Shown here: in pieces, positions 23,645 to 34,969 of the stretch | Position numbering within the stretch: position 1 is the first letter of the stretch | How the letters are laid out: each line of letters begins with the position of its first letter | Assembly (NCBI RefSeq): GCF_018977255.1 | Contig: NW_024705001.1 | Location: forward strand, 1 to 64,000 | DNA from: Callorhinchus milii | Taxonomy: Eukaryota | Length of the DNA: 64,000 nucleotides | Reading direction: 5' to 3' | Made by a program: the position numbers and the translations under genes | Notes under the pieces: model-generated | The model's database searches: none | The model's input: the letters and a program-made list of their open reading frames with translations, nothing else | What the model was told of the DNA's origin: nothing

Positions 23645-23956
23645 AGTCAGCGTTGAACCATCAAAAATGGAAGTCTCTGTTAAAGAAGGCCAGACTGTAA
23701 CACTGAGCAGCAACTTCTCTGTTGATTTCACCAATGCTTTAATGTTCTAGTGCTGCAAGTAACCAGGGAAGCCTCATCTGTACACACGGAGACCTGATTT
23801 TAATGTGGACATTACAAAGCTGAATTTGTAACACAATGTTTCACCACTAATCTGGATACGAGGAGGGTGACATCCACTGGAACTGGGCTCTCCGTGCCTC
23901 TTTCTGAAACGGCCACACACTCTGTTACTGTCAGACTTCACTACTCAACGTAAACC
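23645..23956 (+). pseudogene. Decayed TCR V relic (V-B', paralog of V-B)
   Basis: EVSVKEGQTVTLSS... with TAG/TAA stops, the YYC region deleted and an RSS remnant. The 3' flank matches that of V-B. Confidence 0.7.
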
Positions 23957-24938
23957 TCCATAGAGGAGCGTAAGGGTTTCATCTCAGGACAGATGTTAAT
24001 GCTGACAGTTGACCTATTTCACAGATTGTGACTTTACTGCTGTGTCTCTCAGAGGAAACACGTGACAAATTGCCAACCTCAAGCATAATGTGGTAGAGTG
24101 GCTCATGTAGTGAAAAAGTGAAAGAAATATTATTAATCCTTACATTTAATGCACTTCTTCGAGATGCCCCAAATTGAATCACAGATTCTACTGTAAAGTG
24201 CATTGACTGGCAATTGACTGACAGATACAGTCACTAAACATCAAGTTATATCATGCATAATGCTTTGAGATGTCCCACTTTCATAATATATTTGGCCACA
24301 GATTTCGGGCCATTTCTCTCAGTGAAAGTTAACTGCACATTTCAGTGATATACTGTGTTGTCATTAAAGTTTTTCGTGTGAAACATAATTTAAACGTGTA
24401 TTCAATTTTATTCTAAACTCTTCATATCATACATCACACTTCGATTCCAAAATAGACTTTTATAGCTTCTGAATTTCTTTCGCAGATTGAAGATAATTGT
24501 CAAAAAAACAGAGGATAGACGGAGGGACTTTTTCAAAAAAATAATAGTCTTGTTACGGTTTACAATGTACATTGTGAAAGTGGCAACAGATTCGATAGTA
24601 GTATTCAAAAAGGAATTGGACTGGAACTTGCAAAGGAAAATAAAATTGCATGGATATGGGGAAAGAATGGGGAGTGCGACTCATTGTTTAGCTCTTTCAT
24701 AGAGTCGAAACAGTCACAATTGACCAAAAAATCTCCTTCTCTCCTTTTTAGTTCACGATACTATTGATCTATGATGTTAATCATATAAAGGTAGTTGATT
24801 GCAAATAATTTCTGATCTCGTGGACTTTTTGCACTTGACCTGTTGGACGACAGCACAGGTCATCATTGCGGAAGCTGGAGCCAATCACTTCAAATATCTC
24901 GCAGTTAATCAATGGGCATCCAGACAAGTTCTCAGACG

Positions 24939-25763
24939 ATGGGGGGAATTGGGATCTGGGCGACATTGGCTGCTTTTCTGGCAGGTAATTAATTCAGGCA
25001 CATCGCCAATGTTACAGTCAATGTTCAAAATAGATTGCGAAGCTTTTATTAGTGGAGTCTTGTAGCTCAGTGTTTAGAGCCTTGGCCTCACAAGCGAGAG
25101 CCCTGGGTTCCGTTCCCAGTAGGGAGAAACATTGGGCAAGTTTCCTTAAACCACACGCAGCACCAATACATGTTTGGTAGTCGATTGGCACATTGCTTTT
25201 TCGCGGTTATTAATTTATTCAAATAAAACATTGCTGATAAATTGGTCACTTGTTCTAAGACTGTTTGTAGGTTATTGCTGTGCCCAATTGGCTGCCGCAT
25301 TTCGACTGCAAAACGGACAGTCAAATCACTTAACATTATGTTTTTACAAGAGCTGTGAGACTTCTCGAAGTTGTGATAAGGCACTATATCCAGCGTATAG
25401 AATATTTAATAATTAGGTATGTTCAAACTTATTTTTATTTCACGCTTCTTTTCAGGTCTGAGCCGGGGAGATTATGTTACTCATTGGGTTCCTTCAGTGA
25501 CTGAGACAGAAGGAGGACAGGTGACTTTGGACAGTAATTATACTACAACACTGAGCGACTATTGTTTGTACTGGTACCGACAGCTCTCAGAGAAACAACC
25601 CGAGTATATCCTCAGCAGCTGTACAGTTCTCTCAGAACATAAAGCGGCTTTTGCTCAATCTCGTATCTCAGTTGAGCTGCAGACCTCGAGAACATCCAAC
25701 AAATTAACCATCTCCCAGTTAGAGGTGTCTGACTCTGCTGTGTATTACTGTGCACTCAGCACC
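24939..25763 (+). CDS. TCR alpha/delta V segment (V-F), open frame but Cys23 replaced by Ser (functionality doubtful)
   Basis: Leader 24939-24984 (MGGIGIWATLAAFLA G|gtaatt). Exon 25456-25763: GLSRGDYVTH...VTLDSNYTTTLSDYCLYWYRQ...YILSSCT...DSAVYYCALST. Confidence 0.8.
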
Positions 25764-25802
25764 CACAGTGATGGATGCCAGAGACCACCTCGTACAAAAG
25801 CT
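25764..25802 (+). other. 23-RSS of V-F: CACAGTG-23-ACAAAAGCT
   Basis: Counted directly. Confidence 0.9.
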
Positions 25803-28009
25803 CTCCTGGCTTTGTGCGGTGGCGCTGAGGCGAGCAGTCTGTTTCCAGGAAACGTCGTTCCTGTCTCACAGGAACGACGATCATCACAAGTCAACCTGTC
25901 TGCTGAAGGTTCACCAAATTGTGTGTCACCACATAAATAGAGGGTGAAATATCCAGCGAATCGAGTACAACAGGCGAGATTATGTTGGTTTACTGCAAAT
26001 GCAGCAACAAAAAACATTTGATCTATTATATTTTTCGACTCTAAGGAAGAAAGTGGAATGCAGAAGACACACAAAATGCAACCGCACACATAAAAGTATA
26101 TGCAACCTTGTGAAGCGCTTTGGAAAGTATCCCGACATGATAAGAAAAATAACCATCTCTGCATTCAATATCAAGGCGTATTGTATCGTCGAGATATCTC
26201 AAAGCGTCCGTCGTGCATTTTGCCCACTGACGTATCCCATAAACAGCCTGGGAAATGGGTGGAATAAAAGCATTCGAAGAAAGGGATATTGTGGAATTTT
26301 GCAGAATATATTTTTCCGCTCTGTCCTCGCAAGTCAGGGGATCCAGTTTTTGATTCTCGTTCAGGCCGAAACGTTGAGCAAATGTAATGACTCTACACGC
26401 CTCTGTTAAACCAGTAGAAAGAAAAGAATGGTAGTTTGTCAATTTATGGATCTCTTTCCTTGGGGAACTATTCCCTTAAATCATTACAAACAATAATAAT
26501 GTGTTGATCACTCAATCCCAGATTGGTTGCCTGCATATTAGAAAGACATTTGACTTGATATTGATAATCTTTGGATTTGCTGTAGCGCCTTACCACCACT
26601 ACGAGACGACTCAAAACGCTTCACAGAATCTACTTTGAAGTGAATCAAATCTAAATTTTTTGACTGCGGCAAATTGTACAATAGAGGGCGTCAATGTATT
26701 ATCGTTTTCCAATTCTTGATGTTGAAAGTTTAAGTCAACTAAAATCGCGACTTTAAAATTTTCTCCTAAATTACGACGAAGTTCCGAAGAAATATATTTG
26801 GTATTCGCGGAGAATTTCAAAGAGTGGAGAAAATAAGATAAAACTGATAAATTTTCCCTGTAATAGTACCTTCAAAATTAATAATAGTAATTGTTTAAAA
26901 CACAAAATACGGCAGATGCTGGAATCTGAAAAAAAATCAGAGAGCTGGTAAAAGTCAACAGGTCATGCAGCATCCATGGAGAAAAGAAAGTTAGTCAACG
27001 TTTCGGATCGCTTCGGCGAAACTGAATAACAATTGTTTGTTCACTTAATCACTTAATCCACGATTGTTTGTGAAAATGCTGTGGGCAATGGTCTGCCGTT
27101 TATCGCCCACAAAATATACGGTCAATTCCCTTTACATTATGTTCTGTGAAGCGTTAGAGATGTGTCGAAGACGCGAAGATACTATTATGAAATGCAACGA
27201 TCATTATTATTAGTAGTAAACTAATAATTGGTCTGTCTGTTTAGCTGGACGTTAACCATAACATGGCACTGTTTGAAATATATCTCAAATTACTCTTTTG
27301 TTTTCCAGCAATGGCTGTCATGAGCAACCGTTTCTGAAGAACAATTGATGCTTGATCAGACAATGTTGGCACTTTGTTTCAATATTTTTTCGGAACAACT
27401 TTTCAAGTCAACCCATGGACACAATTGTGATCCTTCAAATAAAGCTAGTTCACTTTCCCGCTGTTATTTTTTTGGGGCTCAAAACGTGTGCAAAACATTC
27501 ACCATGCGTAAGAGTATCCAATTCAGCCAAAGATTTCCATGTATTCCACCTACAAATGGATATCCCAGAGATAGACTGTTGGAATGGAATACAAACCCTC
27601 TCCCTGGAGGAACACATCCTGATTAAGTAATTCGGTGGAGCATTAGACGCAAGTTGGCAAGAGCCAAAGCTTGGGTCCTCAGAGTGTGCGTTGCGGTATC
27701 TGCTTCAGTCTAACTGGCTGAAACCACACAGCTTGCCTATCCAGCAAGCTTTTCCGCTATGTGTCCATCTATCGCCTTCGTTTCCGTTAGGGCTACACAT
27801 GCAGGGTTAACAGGAGCCGAGTGAAAGGATTCACTGCCCAAAGAGGCTAGTGACAGGCGCTATATAAAAGCAATCAGTTGTTCTTTTTGAAACGCGGCTG
27901 AGATGTCAATAAGGTGACGTGAGACTGTGGCTCCGCCAATGCCAATAATCACTGCGGGTTATCAGCAAACTGCTGCCACAGACACAACCACACGAACTGA
28001 AGAGTAGCA

Positions 28010-28932
28010 ATGAGGCTGTTTGCTGTCTGTCTTGTGCTGGGTAACTTTATGGCAGGTGAGGCTGTGTTGAGCTGATAGATTTCTACAACAATTGGTGGAA
28101 GGAGTCCTGTAACTTAGAGAAGGGAGCGTTCACCTCACAAACGAGAGGATCTTGGTTTGGTTACTGGGCAGGGTGAAAACTTAGGCAATTTTCATTACTC
28201 CACACACATAGCTCTGCTTCCACAGGAGCTACAAGTGTCCTGTTGCTGAACGCAGGGGTAGCAATCTAAATCAAATAGTAATGTGTTCGTTCATTCGACG
28301 ATTCTTTGTGTAACACTCCTATGCTTGAACAGCTGCCGCGTTTCGCCCACAAATATACACAACGGTTCACTTCACAGCATAATCTGTGAAGGACATTCAA
28401 ACGTCTTAACTACGTGATAATGTTCTATAAAATTCATTGATTATGGTTGTCTCAGTATTAACAAATAGCATGCTCGTAATGGCTTTCGGGTCAACGGACA
28501 TCCAAAGGCGCTGAAAAAGTAAATCAAATAAGCAGTAAATAATATATTGTTGTGCTCTTGCATGTTTACTACAGAACTCTGTGGAGCGGACACTGTCAGT
28601 CAAAAGGCTGCTACGATGGTATGGAAAAAAGGAGATATTGTGACTTTTAATTGTACCTTTTTCACGAATTAGAGCGCTTTCTTTCTGTTCTGGTACCGCC
28701 AATACCCAGTCAAAAAAACAGAGTTTATGGTTTGGAGATTCTCATATAATAATAAAGAAACCAAAGGAGCTGCAATTGGAAATAGATTCTCTTCTCAGCT
28801 TGACATTCTCCAGTCTGTCACCAGGTTATCCATCTCTGAGCTGCAGATGTCTGACAGCGCTATGTATCTCTGTGCTATCACTCCCTCTGTTCTCACAGTG
28901 ATGCAAACCAGCCACAGCCTCGTACAAAAGCT
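28010..28932 (+). pseudogene. TCR alpha/delta V pseudogene (V-A'), nonsense codon
   Basis: Leader 28010-28055; exon 28575-28893. In-frame TAG at 28670-28672 (GAG in V-A). RSS intact: CACAGTG-23-ACAAAAGCT (28894-28932). Confidence 0.88.
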
Positions 28933-31900
28933 ACCCTGGCTATGTGAGCTTGGTCTTTCCAACTGATCAATTCAGATTATTCAGAGTCAGGTTTTGTGTG
29001 CAGCGAACCTCTTGGGAAACCACATTCACCACAAGTCAGTAGGTCTGCTGAAAGTCCACGTAATTATGTATCACAATTTAAAGTAAGTAAAATAAACTCT
29101 CGGTTGGGTGAAGCAGCCCAACTATAATAAAGAAATAGTTGAATGTGGCAGGAGAGGTAGATAAAGCTATTAAAAAAGAAAACATACTGGATCCTATGCC
29201 TCATGAATAGGGGCATAGAATACAAAAGTCAGGAAGTTCTGATGAAACTTGATAAAACACTGGTTAGGCTTCAGCTTGACACTCTGCTCTGTTCTCGGCC
29301 CACAATTTATGCAGGATATCAAGGCATTTGAATGGGTGCAAAGCAGATTAACCAGATTGAAGCAGGAATGAGGGACTTCAGTTTTGTATGGAGGAGACTT
29401 AATATAAATTTTCAAAATAATGAGGGAATTCTATATGTGGAACAATGGGAAACTATTCCTCTTGCCACTGTGTCAAAAAGGACACCAATCTAAAATTTAT
29501 GATGAAAGAAACGGAGGGGAGGGGAGTATATCTTTTTTTCGTACAGCGTGTTGTTCGGATCTTGAATCCATTGCCTGAAATTGCAGTGGAAACTGAAGCG
29601 ATAACAAAGTTTAAGAGAGAAATTGATTACTTGGAGGTAAGATACGTTGCCAGTCGTTTCACCTTGGGAAAAGATCAGCTCAAAGAAGATCCTGTGTAAA
29701 AACTTACCAACATTGCCGCTTGCACTTCAAAATTATATCGAAGTTACACTGATACAGGGCGTTTTACAAAGCCTTGGAAAGTACAGCCTTACACCTGATC
29801 TTCGGAGGGTTGGTTGGAGTGGGTGGGATGGGGGAAGGAGTGGTGGTCGGAGGGATTTTTGGAGGTGAGAGCTAATGAGACAGATTTTCTTTGGTGAAAG
29901 TTGTGATTGGGGAGCTGGAAGGAGAGGGTAGTAACTGGGCGAAGTGGGGAAGCTGGGAGGAGTATTTGCTGGTAAGGAGGAAAGACATTGGAAAGCGGTG
30001 GTTGAAGAGGTGAGAGTTGAGATGGAGGGTCTTTAACCGAGTGGAATGTGAAGGGTGCACGACTTATCCTGCACTCAATGGATAGCCGAGTAAATCTAAA
30101 AAAATTAGTCGCGTCGTAAATATATCCATGCTGCCAAAAACATACACGGTTATTCTCCTCAAACACCTTTAGATGTCGCCATATAACAATACAACAAAGC
30201 GGTCTTTTATAAAGAAGCTTTCACATTGGGAGAAAGCCCAATTACCAGTGAGCACTGCAGATAAGGTGGAATACTATATATTTTTGGAAAGAACACTAAT
30301 GGCGCCACGAGAGGACCGATTGTGATACCCGTGTGGGGCGAAAACTTAGGGAAGTTTCCTTATGCCAAATGCCGCTCTTTACCATGCAGTAAATTGGAAT
30401 CCGGTTGCTAGCCCATTGGAGTATCGCTTTCTGGGGACAATAATTCATCCAACAAGAAACAAAGAANNNNNNNNNNNNNNNNNNNNNNNNNNNNNNNNNN
30501 NNNNNNNNNNNNNNNNNNNNNNNNNNNNNNNNNNNNNNNNNNNNNNNNNNNNNNNNNNNNNNNNNNNNNNNNNNNNNNNNNNNNNNNNNNNNNNNNNNNN
30601 NNNNNNNNNNNNNNNNNNNNNNNNNNNNNNNNNNNNNNNNNNNNNNNNNNNNNNNNNNNNNNNNNNNNNNNNNNTAATAGGCACAGAAATAAGCGCATCA
30701 ATAAGCACAGCAATGAATATATACATCAAATAATATTTCGGTCTCTCAAACCACCATTATATCGGACTACTGCTGTGCACAATTACCAGCCTCATTTCAC
30801 TCACACAATACAAGGTCATTCTAATTTGCAGTGTATGTTCAGAAGCAATTTTAGGTGTCTCAAAGACGTGCTGAAGCTCTACCTGAAATTCGAGAAACTA
30901 TGATTATAGGGATAAATTTGGGTTCATCATCATCGAAATTATCACCGCTTCCTCACACACAACCTCAAAAAGGAATTGTGCACCTAACTCATCATGGAAG
31001 TCAAAAATAAACTCAAGGTTCTGTTTCCATCGTTGATCAGCTCACCCTCAAACCGCTCAATCACCTCGATCCTCAGTACAGAGAAGTCTCATAGCGCTTC
31101 ATAGGACATACAGTAAAGGACGGGCAAAACCTGGTAGATGATTACACACATTTTTTCTTTCAGTGATCAAATTTTTATTGCTATGACTATTTCTAAGTGA
31201 TTTTTACCTTTGGAACGCTATCAGTTTATGGAAAGCAAGCGAGATCCTTGCCGTTGCTGGATAGACAGATACGCGTGTGCGATTTGTGTCTGTGTGTGAG
31301 TGTGTATGTCTGTGTGTGTGGGGTAAATAAACTTGCCTAAGTTTTCAACGACAGAAAGACAGACAGAGATGCACAGAAATATAGACAGAGATACAAACTG
31401 GCCGAGGCACAGCTCAATAATAATCCTTAGTTTCGATACAGCGCTTTTTCATGTAGATAACACTTGTTAAAGCTTTTCAAAGGATATACTGTGAAGTAAA
31501 CATTCTAACATCTGCCTCCCCTTTCTTCTCTCGGTCATCGTGCGGCGCTACATCCCTGTATCACTCACTCTGCCCACTTCAGCATTTATAAATGCCCCAA
31601 ACCTACACCACTTTACCGAATGTTTCCCTCCTCCTTCTCCAACATCGTCAATCGCATGATCAATCACAAGAATCGCGGCTGCCTTGATCGGGCTCCCCAC
31701 TCAGTTGCTGAACAATGTAATGGAACTCATTCCAAGTCAAATGTGTGTTAGAAGCTGCTTCATGTGTCTTTACCAACTCTCAGTAAGGTCCCACTCTACA
31801 ACACACAGCCTTTGTCCCACTCTCAGTATCAGTTTAGTATTCCTTTCGTTGGCTCCACGTCGGTTGTCCATTTATTTCTAATTGAGCTTCAACAGTCACC

Positions 31901-32147
31901 ACAAATCGCCATCTTCTGCCCGCTGATCTCTGGCACAGTGAGTCAGTCCCTTTCCTCAAGTAGGGTCTCCCCACACCGACCCAAATCCAACACCCCGCCC
32001 ACCCCTCAAAGCCTCTGACACCAGCTATGATGTGACGCCGTTCAGCACAAAGAAATCAAATCTCCAACGCTCTCACAGAGCAGCCCTGTGTTACTCACAG
32101 TCACTCTGAGGTGTCCGGGGTTGACGGTATCTCCCATCGGTGAGAAA

Positions 32148-32868
32148 ATGTCTTTCCTCTGTGTCTCCATCTCCTTCCTTTTCTTACAATGTAAGTGTTT
32201 GTTTCCATAACACAGCACTACGAAGCACCAATGAATGTCATCAATACGAAGTGCAATATAATAATACAAATCCTTGCATTGATACAGAGAATGATAAGGT
32301 CAATGAGACTTCTCAAAGTGCTTCATGGAAAATAAGGTGAATTGACTTTTTAGTGGTCGAAAAGTGGCAGGCAAATGTGATACATTTTTTTCATAAATGT
32401 ATTTTATCATGTATTATAATAATTCTCATCAATTGATGTTAAACTACAATTTGTTTTATGACCATCTTATATCAGTTGGCATCAACCGAAATAATTCCAA
32501 GCCTTGATGGGCAATTTTAAAAGCAGTGGTTAGTATTGAAATTTTCTTTAACTGATATAATATTTTGTATAATTTTCAGATGTTTTCAGTGCCTCAGTAA
32601 AGCAGACATCATCCTCTCTTAGGAAAGAAGAATGCGACTCTTTGACCATCAGTTGTGTCTTTCAAGAAGGGTACTATGATACATTCATCAACATTGAATT
32701 TCATATGCAGTTTGGAAAAAGCACAACTTGGAATCCCATCCCCCGTGAAAGACGTTTTGTTGTAAAGGCAGACCAGGCATCGAAGTCGTCTTCTCTGGAA
32801 ATTAATGATTTGAAAGTTGAAGACAGCACTGACTACAAATGTAAAGCTCGATACTCTTACCATAATAT
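32148..32868 (+). CDS. NAR-TCR V segment, cassette 3
   Basis: Leader 32148-32190; exon 32580-32868. Open frame, differing from NAR V1 by only a few residues (YVFSASVKQTSSSLRKEECDSLTISC...DYKCKARYSY). Confidence 0.9.
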
Positions 32869-32906
32869 CACAATGCTGTACCTGGGCTTCCGACAATACA
32901 AAAAGC
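32869..32906 (+). other. RSS of NAR V3: CACAATG-22-ACAAAAAGC
   Basis: Counted directly. Confidence 0.88.
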
Positions 32907-33233
32907 CCCTTCACCAGATCACAGAATAAAGAAAGAGAAGGTGAAATTGTCAAGAATTCAATGCACATTCTTCATTCGTAGGTGATGTACATTGATGATT
33001 ATTGAAACTTCCGTTAAGAAACGACCATTGTTTAAGAATACTTAGGAAAAGTAAGTGAGTTTGTATCTGACGACAGAAAACTGCGTGGAATCATATAACG
33101 GACAATATATTGTAAGAGACAGACGGCAGGCAAAGACCACCTCGGACAATATTCAAAAGAATATTGCACATTATGTCATCGATTGACCATTTGTAAATGG
33201 CAGACAGCACTGCAAATATTTTTCAAACATTCT

Positions 33234-33304
33234 TTTTTTTGTATTGATATTAACTACTGTGCTGGGTTGGGATGGTCACATTGGAAAACATCAGCAGAAA
33301 TACT
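33234..33304 (+). other. NAR-TCR D segment (33262-33276, CTGGGTTGGGATGGT) flanked by two 12-RSS
   Basis: TTTTTTTGT-12-TACTGTG, D, then CACATTG-12-AGAAATACT. Confidence 0.85.
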
Positions 33305-33620
33305 GTACAGCCACTTTCATAGAAATACGTGAAAAGTGTCCACTGAAAACTGTGTCCTATTTAATACTCGTGAAAGTGTCGAAAGCTTGCTTTCAAATTA
33401 ATTATTTCAAGCGTACATTTACTGAAAATGTTTGCAGATTGGTATTCTTTGGGCCGTGTGTATTGTTTGTGTTTGAATGGAAATAATAATGAAAATAAAC
33501 ATGAGTTGGACAAAATAAAATTATGAAGATGGGTCCAGTGGTCGAGAGATAGGAACTATTGACTGATTTGTCAGCATTTGTTTATTTTAGTGCCAGTAAT
33601 AAACTGTGATCTGATAGAAA

Positions 33621-33715
33621 AGTTTTTGTACGTTTTAGAATGACAGCGGTGTGACTGTGGTATTACGAAGAATGTACAGGAGATGGATCAGGAACCAAAG
33701 TAACCGTAACGAAAA
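33621..33715 (+). other. NAR-TCR J segment, cassette 3, with 23-RSS
   Basis: AGTTTTTGT-23-GACTGTG. J 33660-33715 = YYEECTGDGSGTKVTVTK A|gtgagt. Confidence 0.9.
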
Positions 33716-34969
33716 GTGAGTGAGTCAGAACAAATTCTATCGAATTAGCATAAAACTTTATTCAAGTGAATTTGTGAAATGCATTATTCTAACTAATGGC
33801 CTCCAATTATTTAACACTGAGCTTTTCAACAATCCACTCGACCAATTGTGAAGAGAAAATGTTTGTGATGTGGAAAATCTTAATCAGCTCCCAATGTAAG
33901 GCTTGTTTCTCAAATGACTTTGATTTATTTACACGTTTTGTAGAGTCGGTTTAACTTCCTAAAAATCATCTCAAGAGGACCTGCAGATAAGTTCAGGTAA
34001 CCAATTAGTGCAACGGTTTTGAATCAAAGGATGTATTACAATACCTATCTTCCAAAAAGGGATTGCTTATCGAAAGGACGTGGCTCCAATGTGAAATTTC
34101 TATGTAATCTGCTGCCTTCCATCTGCTATAATCCATGTAACCTGCTCCCACCCAGTTCTGAATCAAGTTCGTCGACCTGAAACGTTAACCCACTTTTCTG
34201 CCTCCATATATATTTTTTGTTCCCAACGACTTCTGCTTTATTCTACACAAACAAGCAAGTCAATATCCAAGCGTGTGCATACAGTGTGTATTGCGCAAAC
34301 GCTAGACACGAAATTAGACGAAGGAATGAAAAAGCTTGAGAGAGAAGGACAGTGAGATTGAGAGGAGCAANNNNNNNNNNNNNNNNNNNNNNNNNNNNNN
34401 NNNNNNNNNNNNNNNNNNNNNNNNNNNNNNNNNNNNNNNNNNNNNNNNNNNNNNNNNNNNNNNNNNNNNNNNNNNNNNNNNNNNNNNNNNNNNNNNNNNN
34501 NNNNNNNNNNNNNNNNNNNNNNNNNNNNNNNNNNNNNNNNNNNNNNNNNNNNNNNNNNNNNNNNNNNNNNNNNNNNNNNNNNTTTCTGAGCCAATTGAAA
34601 CTGCATTGAGCGGCTCCCAGATTGAGAGAGAAACTGATGTTGGCAACACAACAGAGACTAAACCTCCTACAGCAGCGATGTTACAGCAGGAAACTTTCAA
34701 TTTGCCTCAACTGTAAACCCGCTGAGTTAACGGCACAATCTGACACCTGATACTCTGCGAATCACTCCCATGAACACAGAAACCCAAAGACTATGTGCAA
34801 AATCCGCTACAGCAAAGTATAAGATGAGAGAAACAAATCTTCATTAAACGGTGTATTTATGAGAGTTTATATCAATATTTACAGCAATAGCCACACGGTT
34901 TCTGTCTGAAAGAAACCTGCCTGAGCTACAAGAGCTAAAAGGATAATCCTGGAGGCGAAGAGCAACCCC

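Larger units (their letters stand above)
26556..32910 (+). repeat. Recent segmental duplication of bases 1-~6300
   Basis: Base 1 aligns to 26556 (identical 69-aa ORFs at 56 and 26611). Colinear and near-identical through V-A, the CR1, the masked repeat and the NAR V to its nonamer. Confidence 0.95.

Noticed and set aside
26556-32910. Duplication as an uncollapsed haplotype or assembly artefact
   Set aside because: The copies differ by a clean 37-bp deletion, a nonsense change and entirely different D-J regions. Not fully excluded, because the first kb differs mainly by 1-bp indels.
5532-33715. IgNAR antibody gene clusters
   Set aside because: There are no IgNAR constant exons, only one D per unit, the J donors lead to leaderless TCR V exons, and the units are interspersed with TCR V genes.
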